Of a DNA stretch of 64,000 nucleotides, positions 10,751-20,569 are shown piece by piece (positions within the stretch are counted from its first letter, which is position 1; each line of letters begins with the position of its first letter). Both the position numbers and the translations under genes were made by a program. Source of the DNA: Patescibacteria group bacterium (lineage in GTDB: Bacteria > Patescibacteriota > Microgenomatia > 0-14-0-10-38-17); assembly GCA_050953885.1 (NCBI GenBank), contig JBMNNJ010000001.1, positions 271,437 through 335,436 on the forward strand. Direction: 5' to 3'. A model generated the notes under the pieces. The model did no database searches and was not told where the DNA came from. It saw nothing but the letters and a program-made list of their open reading frames with translations.

Positions 10751-11509
10751 ATGGCAGCAATGATTAAAAACGATAAACAAATTGAGGGCATTCGCCGCTC
10801 CTGCCAGCTGGCCTCAGAAACTCTTGACTATCTAACTCCCTTTGTTAAAGAGGGGGTGAGCACTGAGGAAATTAACCGGCTAACCCATCGTTTCATTACT
10901 GACCACCAAGCCAAACCGGCCCCCCTAGGATACCAAGGTTTTCCTAAAAGCGTTTGTACTTCCATTAATGAAGTTGTTTGCCACGGGATTCCTTCCGAAA
11001 AAGAAATTCTAAAAAATGGCGATATCTTAAACATCGACGTTACCACCATCTTAGATGGCTATTACGGCGACACGTCGCGGATGTTTTTAATCGGTAAAAT
11101 TAGGAAAGAAGCCCAACTTTTGGTAGAACGAACTTATGAGGCGATGATGCGGGCGATTAAAAACTTAGGGCCGGGGAAATATCTTAATGATTGTGTGGGG
11201 CGGCCGATTGAAGAATATCTTCGCCCTTTTGGTTATGCCTCGGTGCGCGAACTTTGTGGCCATGGGGTGGGAATAGAATTCCACGAATCGCCTTCGGTTT
11301 TTTTCTTTGATACCGGTCAAAGAGGGCCACTGTTGAAACCGGGAATGATTTTTACCGTTGAACCAATGGTTAACGCTTCAACTTTCTGGAAGGTTAAAAT
11401 CGATCCCGATGACGGCTGGACGGTACGCACCGTTGACGGCGCTTTATCGGCCCAATGGGAACACACGGTTTTAATCACCGCCAAGGGGCACGAGATATTA
11501 ACTAAATAA
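10751..11509 (+). CDS. map: Methionine aminopeptidase type I
   Basis: CTSINEVVCHGIP, GDTSRMF, GHGVG..FHE, FTVEPM, SAQWEHT. Confidence 0.96.
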   Translation: MAAMIKNDKQIEGIRRSCQLASETLDYLTPFVKEGVSTEEINRLTHRFITDHQAKPAPLGYQGFPKSVCTSINEVVCHGIPSEKEILKNGDILNIDVTTILDGYYGDTSRMFLIGKIRKEAQLLVERTYEAMMRAIKNLGPGKYLNDCVGRPIEEYLRPFGYASVRELCGHGVGIEFHESPSVFFFDTGQRGPLLKPGMIFTVEPMVNASTFWKVKIDPDDGWTVRTVDGALSAQWEHTVLITAKGHEILTK

Positions 11510-11744
11510 ATTCAAAAGTCAAAATTCAAAATTCAAAATTAGAAAACTAAATTGCTAAATTGTTAAAAACGTCATCCTGAACTTGATTCAGGATCGTCTT
11601 AAGAAACGGATTCTGACTTTCGTCAGAATGACGACCACGATCATCGTCATCCCTGAATTAAATTCAGGGCAGGCTCTAAACTTGATTCAGGATCAATTAA
11701 AAATACCCCTCTGGTAAAAGTTAGTATGGATTTTTTAGGATATT

Positions 11745-12170
11745 TTATAAATAGATCTTGCATATTTTATCCGCTTTTTTAATCGTCTCCCTAAGCCAAT
11801 CGGGATATTTTCCATTGCCGACTATCTCTTCCATGCTTTTCCACTCAAAACTCTTGTGCTCCTCGCTTAGCCTAACTTCTTCTTGTTTCGTAACACATAA
11901 AAAATCAATTCCCACCAGTTGTAAACCCCTATCAGCTTTAATAAATGTCCAGGCATTAAAAACTTGTTCAACTTTCACATTAAGACCGGTTTCTTCTTTA
12001 GATTCCCGCCTCACCGCTTCTCCAAGCTTTTCTCCAAATTTAATTCTTCCCCCGGGCATATCAAAGGTGTCGGGATTAATATCCTCGACATCACTTTTTT
12101 TCAAAACCAAATATTTTTTCGAGCGAGTGTTAAAGATAATCGCCTTGGTGGCAACTCCGAATTCTGGCAT
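11745..12170 (-). CDS. NUDIX hydrolase
   Basis: PGGRIKFGEKLGEAVRRESKEETGL. Confidence 0.88.
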   Translation of the reverse strand: MPEFGVATKAIIFNTRSKKYLVLKKSDVEDINPDTFDMPGGRIKFGEKLGEAVRRESKEETGLNVKVEQVFNAWTFIKADRGLQLVGIDFLCVTKQEEVRLSEEHKSFEWKSMEEIVGNGKYPDWLRETIKKADKICKIYL

Positions 12171-12205
12171 AGGGTTACTTTATAAAATATACTAATTTTA
12201 ACCAA

Positions 12206-12247
12206 ATATGACAAATTTTTAGGCGATCGCCTAAAAATTTGTCATAT
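12206..12247. repeat. 42-bp perfect palindrome with no spacer
   Basis: atatgacaaatttttaggcga|tcgcctaaaaatttgtcatat. Confidence 0.95.
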
Positions 12248-12414
12248 CATATTATAAATAATAAACTCGTGGCTAAAAAATAAATGTCATCATAAACCTG
12301 TCATGCTATAAAAAGATCCGTCTCGGGCAGGGTTCTGGATTAGTATTATCCTACTAAACAAGAAAAATTCTATTCGTCAGCTGGCGGATAAAATTATTCC
12401 TGTAACCGCCCCGT

Positions 12415-12682
12415 AACCGTTATTCCTGAATTAAATTCAGGACAGGCTCTGACGAAAATCAGGATCTGCCGTTTTCTGACAATAACACAGATTCCGGATC
12501 AAGTCCGGAATGACGGCACGGCTGTCGTCATTCCTGAATTAAATTCAGGACAGGCTCTGACGAAAGTCAGGGTCTAACTGATTCTGAATCAAGTTCAGAA
12601 TGACGCTAATCGTGGCCGTCACCCTGACGAAAGTCAGAACCTGTAACCGCCCCGTCCGTCATTCTGACGAAAGTCAGGATCG
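12415..12682. repeat. Cluster of GTCAT-type hairpin repeats in mixed orientation
   Basis: Repeated ttcctgaattaaattcaggacaggctctgacgaaa, gattccggatcaagtccggaatgac, gtcattctgacgaaagtcaggatc. Confidence 0.85.
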
Positions 12683-12794
12683 GCTTTAAAGCTTGATGCT
12701 TGAAGCGCTTGAGGCTTGAATCGTTTGAATCGTTTAACGTTTTTACGTTTCAAACGTCTCATGCATTTCACATTGGGATACGCGAATGGACACG

Positions 12795-12935
12795 AAAAAT
12801 AAACTCAAAACTCAAATGGCAAATGGCAAATCTACATGGCAAATGTTAAAACTTTTTAAAACTTAAAGTTGTTTTTTTAGTTTTGAGTTTTAACATGTAG
12901 TTTTGCGTTTTGAGATTTGAGATTTGAGTTTATCT
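12795..12935 (-). mobile_element. ~140-bp MITE-like element, copy 3 (reverse)
   Basis: aaaaataaactcaaa...ctacatggcaaatgttaaaactttttaaaacttaaagttg...tttgagtttat. Confidence 0.8.
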
Positions 12936-13034
12936 TTTGTTTTTGAATTTTGCCTTTTGAATTATTTTTGCGCCAGTCATTTGCTCATTCGTGTCCATTC
13001 GCGTATCCGTAGCAATATCGCAATTTAACAATAA

Positions 13035-15041
13035 TTATTTCGCTTCTATCTCCCTTATCTTTTCCCGTAATTTGATCGCCATCTCAAAATCCAAGGCATC
13101 GGCGGCTTTTTTCATTTCTCGCCGTAAATCGGCGGCTAATTTCCGCCGTTCGTTTGGCAATAGCGATTTTACTTCTCGCAACCGGCGGTTTAGGGCTTCT
13201 TCTTTTTTCTCCTCTTCTTCACCCACAATCAATTTTGATCGCACCGGTTTTTTGATCGAGTGGGGGGTAATCCCATGACGACGGTTATAATCTTCTTGAA
13301 TCGCCCGCCGGCGGTTCACCTCCGCCACCGCCCCCTTAATTGAACCGGTCAGCGTATCGGCGTAAAGAATCACCCGGCCTTCTTCATGACGCGCCGCCCG
13401 ACCCATAATTTGGATTAAGGAGGTTTTACTGCGCAGAAATCCTTCTTTATCGGCGTCCAAAATCGCCACCAAGGAAACCTCCGGCAAGTCAAGACCTTCC
13501 CGCAAAAGATTAATCCCCACCAAAACGTCCACTTCTCCCAAACGTAAATTATCCAAAACATCGCTTCGCTTTAAGGTCTCAATTTCCGAATGAAGATAGG
13601 CCACGCGCAAGTTTTCCTTTTTTAAAAAATCCGTTAAATCCTCGGCCAGCCTTTTGGTGAGAGTTAAAACCAAAACCCGCTGGTTTTTTGCCACTCTTTT
13701 TTTAATCTCGCCAATTAAATCCTGAACTTGATTGGCGGTGGGGCGAATAATTACTTCCGGGTCCAAAAGGCCGGTGGGGCGAATCAATTGTTCCACCACC
13801 TGACCACCATCTTTTGCCCTTGATAATTCCCAATCGGCTGGAGTGGCGCTCACATAGATTGTTTGCGGGGTGCGCCTTAAAAACTCTTCAAAACGAAGAG
13901 GCCGGTTGTCAAAAGCCGCGGGCAAGCGAAAACCAAAATCCACTAAGGTTTTTTTGCGCTCATAATCGCCCCGATACATCCCCCGAATTTGGGGAACACT
14001 CATATGCGATTCGTCAATAAAAAAAAGCCAATCCTGACCATAGGCCTCTTTGAAATAATCAAGGAGAGTATAGGGCGGTTCGCCCGGGGCGCGATTGTCA
14101 AAATAACGGGAATAATTTTCAATGCCGTTAACATAACCGACACGCTTAATCATTTCCAAATCATAGTTAACTCTTTCGGCAATTCTTTGCGCCTCAATAA
14201 AACGCTTTTTTTCTTTAAAAAATTTTACCCGCTCCTCCAAATCCTTCCTAATTTGGCGAAAAATTTCCTCGTCGTTTTTGCCCGCCAAATAATGGCGCGC
14301 GGGAGGAATCTTTACCTCTTCATTGTATTGAAGAGATAAGTCTTTAATTCTTTTCCCCGTTAGCGGGTCAATACATTCTATTGTATCAATGACTTCATTA
14401 GGCTGTATTAGGCGGATTAAGTAGTCGCCGGAGGAGGGGAAAATATCAAGATTTTCTCCCCGCACCCGAAAGCCGGCCCGGCGAAGCTCGTAATCCTGCC
14501 TTTGGTAACCAATTTCCACCAGCTGGCGCAAAATCTCCTCGCGGGGTAGCTGGTCGCCCTTTCTTAAGGTAAGAATATGGCGACGAAAAACTTGGGGAGA
14601 ACCAAGGTTGTAAAGACAAGAAACCGAAGCCACCACTAAAACATCGCTTCTGGTTAAAATATTATTGGTTGCCTCAAGGCGCAGTTTGTCGATTAGCTCG
14701 TTGATTTCCGTTTCCTTGGCAATATAAGTGTTGGTGGTCGGCACATAAGCCTCCGGCTGGTAATAATCGTAATAGGAAACAAAGTAGGAAACGGCATTTT
14801 TGGGGAAAAAATCGCGAAACTCCTGATAAAGCTGGCCGGCTAAAGTTTTATTATGGGAAATAACCAGCGTTGGCCGGCCAACCGCCTCAACCACCGAAGC
14901 CATGGTAAAGGTTTTACCCGAACCGGTGGTGCCCAAAAGCACTTGCTCTTTCATTCCTCCCCTAACTCCCTCAATCAACTTTTTAATTGCTTCGGGCTGG
15001 TCGCCGGTGGGGGAGAAAGGAGCCTGAAGTTTAAATTTCAT
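13035..15041 (-). CDS. uvrB: Excinuclease ABC subunit B
   Basis: PTGDQPEAI, GTTGSGKT, YYDYYQPEAY, DESH, GINLLREGLDLPEV. Confidence 0.98.
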   Translation of the reverse strand: MKFKLQAPFSPTGDQPEAIKKLIEGVRGGMKEQVLLGTTGSGKTFTMASVVEAVGRPTLVISHNKTLAGQLYQEFRDFFPKNAVSYFVSYYDYYQPEAYVPTTNTYIAKETEINELIDKLRLEATNNILTRSDVLVVASVSCLYNLGSPQVFRRHILTLRKGDQLPREEILRQLVEIGYQRQDYELRRAGFRVRGENLDIFPSSGDYLIRLIQPNEVIDTIECIDPLTGKRIKDLSLQYNEEVKIPPARHYLAGKNDEEIFRQIRKDLEERVKFFKEKKRFIEAQRIAERVNYDLEMIKRVGYVNGIENYSRYFDNRAPGEPPYTLLDYFKEAYGQDWLFFIDESHMSVPQIRGMYRGDYERKKTLVDFGFRLPAAFDNRPLRFEEFLRRTPQTIYVSATPADWELSRAKDGGQVVEQLIRPTGLLDPEVIIRPTANQVQDLIGEIKKRVAKNQRVLVLTLTKRLAEDLTDFLKKENLRVAYLHSEIETLKRSDVLDNLRLGEVDVLVGINLLREGLDLPEVSLVAILDADKEGFLRSKTSLIQIMGRAARHEEGRVILYADTLTGSIKGAVAEVNRRRAIQEDYNRRHGITPHSIKKPVRSKLIVGEEEEKKEEALNRRLREVKSLLPNERRKLAADLRREMKKAADALDFEMAIKLREKIREIEAK

Positions 15042-15224
15042 TTTGATTCTAATTATATCATTTTCTATTATAAATCAGATTTTTTCCTTCTTCAATATAT
15101 TATATCCTATAACTATTGATTACTACTATCATTTATGATAGAATTCGGCCAATTCATTAAAAAGTTAAGATTAGCCTTAACTCTTGTTTAATGAATGAGC
15201 ACTTTGAAAGAGAGGGCCGAAGAA

Positions 15225-15299
15225 TCTCCTTTTAGCTTTTCGTCCCCGCTAAGGGGCAAAAAATTTTGCCTTTTGGCGGGGCCGAGAAAAGAAAGGAGA
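15225..15299 (+). promoter_or_regulatory. Long 5'-UTR hairpin occluding the Shine-Dalgarno of the gene starting at 15306
   Basis: tctccttt/aaaggaga, cttttc/gaaaag and ccccgctaaggggcaaaa/ttttgccttttggcgggg pair in nested order. Confidence 0.6.
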
Positions 15300-15305
15300 A
15301 AAAAA

Positions 15306-15851
15306 ATGAATAGCCGAAGAATCGTTGGAACAATTGGAATAGTGGGAACAGTCTTGGCAGTATTGTTATTGCCTTTTTGGAGCCAGAACGATGAAGTTCA
15401 AGCTCAAGGTCAGTATCATGTCTTTTTGCCAGCTGTTCTTAATGCCGCTTCGCCAAAACAGCCAACGGTACCTCTACCGGAACCGTCTCCCACTCCTCTT
15501 CCTCTTCCTGAAAAAAGGGAATTTAATCTTTCCCTTAACTTAAGGGAACAGGAGGGGGTGACCATCCTCAACGACCGCCCTGATTGGGACGGAAAGGCTA
15601 ACAGCATTGTTAGCCTCATCGTCGTCGACGGGACGGCGGAATTTCTCTTCCAGCGTTGGGGACCTCCCGGCAAATGGGACACTATTGAAGCAGAAAAGAC
15701 GGTTAGCCTAGAGGGAACCGTTAATCTTGCTGAGTATGAGCAAGGTGTCTGGAACGATACCTTGCAAAAGGTGACCATCGCGGAAGGCGACATTGTCGTC
15801 TTGTCTGAAGAAAGCGATGGCAGCGGCATTACCATCATTCTCGTCGGATAA
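15306..15851 (+). CDS. Hypothetical exported or membrane-anchored protein
   Basis: SD aaggag, hydrophobic N-terminus, VFLPAVL motif, Pro-rich linker. Confidence 0.7.
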   Translation: MNSRRIVGTIGIVGTVLAVLLLPFWSQNDEVQAQGQYHVFLPAVLNAASPKQPTVPLPEPSPTPLPLPEKREFNLSLNLREQEGVTILNDRPDWDGKANSIVSLIVVDGTAEFLFQRWGPPGKWDTIEAEKTVSLEGTVNLAEYEQGVWNDTLQKVTIAEGDIVVLSEESDGSGITIILVG

Positions 15852-15977
15852 CTATCCACTCGGCCCTGGGGAGGTCAAGTGTCCAAGAAATTGGAAAATG
15901 ATCACAATGGCGTGATCAACTTTATTTTCCTTTTTCTTGGCCTTGTCCTCCCTCTCTCTCGTGTTAAAATAAAGCCA

Positions 15978-16325
15978 ATGAAAAGCCACGGCCGCCATTT
16001 TTTAATTGATTTTTACGATTGTTCGCCCGTTCTTCTTAATGATGGCAAGAAAATAGAAAGCTTGCTTAAAAAAGCTGCCAAAATTGCCGGCAGTCAAATT
16101 GTAGGCAGCCGCGTTTACACCCTTGTTCCCCATGGGCTAACGGCGGTGGTGGTAATTAAAGAATCACATCTCATCTTAAGCTCCTGGCCCGAATATGGCT
16201 GGGCCACCGTTGACTTTTTTACCTGCGGCCAAAAAGCCCAACCCCAAAAAGCGATTGACTTTTTAATTCGCGAATTTGGGCCGAGAAAAGTAAATGTTGT
16301 GGAGGTTAAAAGGGGCTTCTTTTAA
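15978..16325 (+). CDS. speD: S-adenosylmethionine decarboxylase proenzyme (pyruvoyl type)
   Basis: GRHFLIDFYDC, cleavage motif KESH, WPEYG, DFFTCG. Confidence 0.85.
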   Translation: MKSHGRHFLIDFYDCSPVLLNDGKKIESLLKKAAKIAGSQIVGSRVYTLVPHGLTAVVVIKESHLILSSWPEYGWATVDFFTCGQKAQPQKAIDFLIREFGPRKVNVVEVKRGFF

Positions 16326-16345
16326 AAAACCTTTGACTAAGTTTT

Positions 16346-16650
16346 GAAAACAGCGGCTTGGCAAAAGACAGCACTTATTACTACGCTTTAAGGGCCATAC
16401 TTGGCCGGCAACTTTTCCGATTTGGTCACCGACGCGCCCGGAAAAGTGATTGCCGGTGAAGTTTACTATTATTACAACAGCGGTAACCGCCACCCCCGCT
16501 CCCGCCGGCGCGGAGGGAACTATTTTTTTTAGGTGAAGAGGAAAAGAGGAAGAAGCGGTCGGCACTACCAAAAAAGAAGCAGAGGAGAGCAAAGAAGGAA
16601 CCATTTCCGCCGAAGGAAAAGCTACCGCTCCCTCGTTTACTCTTGGATGA
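16346..16650 (+). pseudogene. Frameshifted remnant of an FN3-like surface protein
   Basis: SGLAKDSTYYYALRAI / LAGNFSD split across frames, followed by T/P/A- and E-rich linker fragments; no start codon. Confidence 0.5.
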
Positions 16651-16662
16651 AAGGCTTGCCGG

Positions 16663-16941
16663 TCAGTCTGTTTTATACTCTTTTTTTACTCTTTCGGCGA
16701 GAAAAATTTTCATCAAAGACTGATAAGGAATATCTTTCTCGTGAGCAAGTTTTTTAAGAGCACTAAGCAAACTCTCCGGTAAACGGATTGTCACGGACTT
16801 GGTCGATGGCCTTAGCTCCGATAAGTCGAGATTGACAGGCTGGAAAATCTCTAAATAATCGGTAAAATCATGAGTTTCCCAAAACTTTCTCTCTTCCTCT
16901 TCGGTTCTAAATTCCGATAGGGTTTTTTTATTTTTTTTCAT
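16663..16941 (-). CDS. BrnA/CopG-like antitoxin
   Basis: EEEERKFWETHD, RHH segment VTIRLP...IPYQSLMK; overlaps the toxin gene. Confidence 0.85.
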   Translation of the reverse strand: MKKNKKTLSEFRTEEEERKFWETHDFTDYLEIFQPVNLDLSELRPSTKSVTIRLPESLLSALKKLAHEKDIPYQSLMKIFLAERVKKEYKTD

Positions 16942-17227
16942 AAAGATTTCTTTCTCTTTTACTCATATCACGAGCCGAAATGATTCTTACTTTTTCCCCT
17001 CTTAGGGTAAAAACAAGAAATAATTTTCTCCCCTCGTTAGTTTTTCCTAAGCCGACAAATCTTTTCTCTTTTTGGGAATGGTGAAAATCATAAAACAGCT
17101 TTAAATTCTTATCAAAAAATACTTCTTCGCTTTCTCTAAAACTAACGCGATGCTTTTCCCCATTTTTATATTTATTTACCTCATCCCAATCGAAACCTAA
17201 AATCTTTCTTCCCTTCTTGCCCCTCAT
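16928..17227 (-). CDS. BrnT family toxin (RNase)
   Basis: GFDWD..N..KH.VSF.E.EEVFFD, RIISARDM. Confidence 0.88.
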   Translation of the reverse strand: MRGKKGRKILGFDWDEVNKYKNGEKHRVSFRESEEVFFDKNLKLFYDFHHSQKEKRFVGLGKTNEGRKLFLVFTLRGEKVRIISARDMSKRERNLYEKK

Positions 17228-17416
17228 TTTGTAAATGATTATACAATACTAAGAAAATTCTTATCAAGCCTGCTTTTGCCAAGATGTTTGTTCAAATATT
17301 CCCCTCTGTCTTCTTTTTAAAATTCTATAGCCTATATTCATTGAGGCTCTTTAACTAACGAAAATATTACGGATTATTCCATTTCTTTTCTCTTTAGGCT
17401 ATAATAAAAGATTGCC

Positions 17417-20323
17417 ATGGAAGAAATTATTATTCGCGGCGCGCGCCAGCATAATCTCAAAAATATTGATGTTGCCATTCCCAAAAACAAGCTGGTGGTT
17501 TTAACCGGCCTTTCCGGCTCCGGTAAATCATCACTTGCCTTTGACACCCTTTATGCCGAAGGCCAACGCCGCTATGTGGAATCGCTTTCCACCTACGCCC
17601 GCCAGTTTTTGGGAATCATGAACAAGCCGGATGTGGACGCCATTGAAGGCTTATCGCCGGCCATTGCCATTGACCAAAAAAGCGTCTCCCAAAATCCTCG
17701 TTCCACCGTGGGCACGGTAACCGAAATTTATGATTACCTGCGCCTGCTTTTCGCCCGCATCGGTCATCCCCACTGCCCAAAATGCGGCCGGGAAATAAGC
17801 CGCCAGTCGCCGGAGGAAATTTTAAATCTTGCCAAAGCTTTAATTCGGGAAAAAGTGGGCCAGAAAGGGGTGGCCCGGCTTTTCATCCTTTCGCCTTTAG
17901 TTTCCGGCAAAAAAGGCGAGCTTGCCGGTCTTTTTGAAAACCTTATTAAAAAAGGCTTCAGCTTTATTCGCCTTGACCGCCAATTTTTCCGCCTTGACGA
18001 GGATTTTACGATTTTAAAAAACAACCGCCACACCATTGAGGCGGTGGTGGATCGCCTTTCTTTTGAAAAAAAAGACCTGAAAAACGAAAAAAGCCCCCAG
18101 TGGCAGCGTTTGGCCGAAGCGATTAACAGCGCTCTCACTCTTTCCAATGGCGAGGTAATTTTAATGGAGGCCAATGACGCAAGCTTTGAAATGCCCGACC
18201 GGCCCAAAGAAACCATTGACCATCTTTTCTCCGAGCTTTTTGCCTGTCCGGTTTGCGGCCTTTCCCTGCCCGAGGTGGAACCGCGCACCTTTTCTTTCAA
18301 TTCTCCCTTTGGCGCCTGCCCCACCTGCAACGGTCTTGGTGCCCTTTTGCGATTTGATCCCAAATTGGTTTTGAATCTTAACTTATCCGTTTCCGAAGGG
18401 GGCATTATGCCCTTGGGGAAAATTTACTATCAGGACAACTGGTATGCGCGCATTTTTAAAAAATTTGCCGAAGAAGAAAAAATTGACCTGCGCCGGCCTT
18501 TAAAAGAACTGCCAAAAGAAGATCTTAAGAAAATTCTTGAAGGCACAGGTGAAAAAATTTACCGCGTTTCCGGCACTAATCGTTTTGGGGAAGAAACCAC
18601 CATCCGGGAAAAATTCCCGGGCATTCTCGCAGAACTTAAGCGCCGCTACGAAGAAACCGATTCCGACTTTATCCGTCAGGCCTTGGAAAAATTCATGAAC
18701 TACCAACTTTGCCCCACTTGTCACGGCACCCGGCTTAAAGCTGAAGCCTTAGCGGTAACCATTTTAGGGAAAAATATCTATCAGGCAAGCCAGCTTAATG
18801 TTGAGCAATTGCTTTCCTGGCTTGATAATTTTCCCGTTTCCTCCCGCGAGCAAATTATTGCCGCCCCCATTTTGAAAGAAATCAAAAGCCGCCTTACTTT
18901 TCTTAAAGCCGTCGGCCTTGATTATTTAACGCAAAACCGCCTCTCCGGAAGCCTTGCCGGCGGTGAAGCCCAACGAATTCGGCTTGCCTCCCAAATCGGC
19001 ACCGGTTTAACCGGCGTTTTGTATGTTTTAGACGAACCCACCATTGGCCTTCACCCCCGCGACGGCCAAAGGCTAATTGACACCCTCAAAAACCTGCGCG
19101 ATTTGGGCAACTCGGTGGTGGTGGTGGAGCATGACCGCCAAACCATCGAAAGCGCCGATTATGTTCTCGACTTTGGCCCGGGAGCAGGGAAAAATGGCGG
19201 CCGGGTGATTGCCCAAGGAACACCAATGGAGATTAAAAATAATCCCCAGTCGGTCACCGGCCCCTACCTTGCCAACAAAAAGAAAATTAAAATTCTTGAA
19301 AACGCAAGTGCCGGCCAGAATAGGGGAGCGATCAAACTTCAGAGCTGTTCGCAATATAATCTTAAAAATATTGACGTTTCCTTTCCTTTGGGAAAATTTA
19401 TCGGCGTTACCGGCGTTTCCGGCTCGGGAAAATCAACACTGGTAACGGAAACGCTTTATCCGGCTCTTGCCAAGTCCTTGGGATACGCCTTAAAAAGAGA
19501 GCCGGGACAATTTACCAACCTTGAGGGCGCGGATAAAATCCGCCGTGTTTATTTAATTGACCAGTCGCCCATTGGCCGCACTCCCCGCTCCAATCCGGCC
19601 ACCTATATCAGTGTTTTCACCGACATCCGCCAGCTCTTCGCCTCGCTGCCGGAGGCAAAAATCCGCGGCCTAAAACCCGGCCATTTTTCTTTTAATGTTC
19701 GCGGCGGCCGCTGTGAAGCCTGCCAAGGCTTTGGAGAAATAAAAATCGAGATGCAATTCTTATCGGATATTTTTGTTAAATGCGAAGTTTGCGGGGGTCA
19801 GCGTTACAACAGCGACACCCTGGAAATCCGCTATAAGGAAAAAAACATCGCCGAAGTTTTATCCCTGACGGTGGAAGAGGCGCTTTCTTTTTTCCAAAAT
19901 ATCCCCCCCATTGCCCATAAACTACAAACCTTGATGGATGTTGGCTTGGGTTATCTTCAGCTTGGTCAGCCGGCGCCCAATCTTTCCGGCGGCGAGGCGC
20001 AAAGAATTAAAATTGCCCATGAGCTGGTTAAAAAAGGGTCAGGCCAAACCTTTTACATTTTAGATGAGCCCACCACCGGCTTGCATTTTGCCGACTTGGA
20101 AAAATTAATTAAAGTTTTGCGCCAGCTGGTTAACGAAGGAAACACGGTGGTGGTTATTGAACACAATTTAGATCTAATTAAAAATTGCGACTGGGTTATT
20201 GACTTGGGACCCGAGGGGGGAGAGCGGGGCGGGGAAATTATTGCCCAGGGCTCACCGGCGGAAATTGCCCAAAACCCCCGCTCCTATACTGGAAAATATC
20301 TTAAAGAATTGCTAAACTTCTAA
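17417..20323 (+). CDS. uvrA: Excinuclease ABC subunit A
   Basis: [10 protein letters not shown], two Walker A motifs ([16 protein letters not shown]), zinc fingers, LSGGEAQR. Confidence 0.98.
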   Translation: MEEIIIRGARQHNLKNIDVAIPKNKLVVLTGLSGSGKSSLAFDTLYAEGQRRYVESLSTYARQFLGIMNKPDVDAIEGLSPAIAIDQKSVSQNPRSTVGTVTEIYDYLRLLFARIGHPHCPKCGREISRQSPEEILNLAKALIREKVGQKGVARLFILSPLVSGKKGELAGLFENLIKKGFSFIRLDRQFFRLDEDFTILKNNRHTIEAVVDRLSFEKKDLKNEKSPQWQRLAEAINSALTLSNGEVILMEANDASFEMPDRPKETIDHLFSELFACPVCGLSLPEVEPRTFSFNSPFGACPTCNGLGALLRFDPKLVLNLNLSVSEGGIMPLGKIYYQDNWYARIFKKFAEEEKIDLRRPLKELPKEDLKKILEGTGEKIYRVSGTNRFGEETTIREKFPGILAELKRRYEETDSDFIRQALEKFMNYQLCPTCHGTRLKAEALAVTILGKNIYQASQLNVEQLLSWLDNFPVSSREQIIAAPILKEIKSRLTFLKAVGLDYLTQNRLSGSLAGGEAQRIRLASQIGTGLTGVLYVLDEPTIGLHPRDGQRLIDTLKNLRDLGNSVVVVEHDRQTIESADYVLDFGPGAGKNGGRVIAQGTPMEIKNNPQSVTGPYLANKKKIKILENASAGQNRGAIKLQSCSQYNLKNIDVSFPLGKFIGVTGVSGSGKSTLVTETLYPALAKSLGYALKREPGQFTNLEGADKIRRVYLIDQSPIGRTPRSNPATYISVFTDIRQLFASLPEAKIRGLKPGHFSFNVRGGRCEACQGFGEIKIEMQFLSDIFVKCEVCGGQRYNSDTLEIRYKEKNIAEVLSLTVEEALSFFQNIPPIAHKLQTLMDVGLGYLQLGQPAPNLSGGEAQRIKIAHELVKKGSGQTFYILDEPTTGLHFADLEKLIKVLRQLVNEGNTVVVIEHNLDLIKNCDWVIDLGPEGGERGGEIIAQGSPAEIAQNPRSYTGKYLKELLNF

Positions 20324-20569
20324 AGGACGCGAATTAACACGAATTAAAAACGAATGGGCACGAATGAGCGAATAATTGGTGCAAAAATAATTCAAAATTC
20401 AAAAGTCAAAATTCAAAATTTCAAGTTAAAAGTTTTTTGCTCTACTTTTGAATTTTAAATTTTGAATTTTGATTTAGGCTTTAATCTTTGATATTTGCGT
20501 TTTGAGATTTGAGTTTTTTTTACCTATTGCGCATTACGAAAATTTCTTAATCTCTTAGTATCTTAACTT

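Noticed and set aside
16263-16757. ORFs 16263-16604 (-) and 16533-16757 (+)
   Set aside because: They have no recognisable motifs and are better explained as shadows of the FN3-like remnant and the antitoxin.
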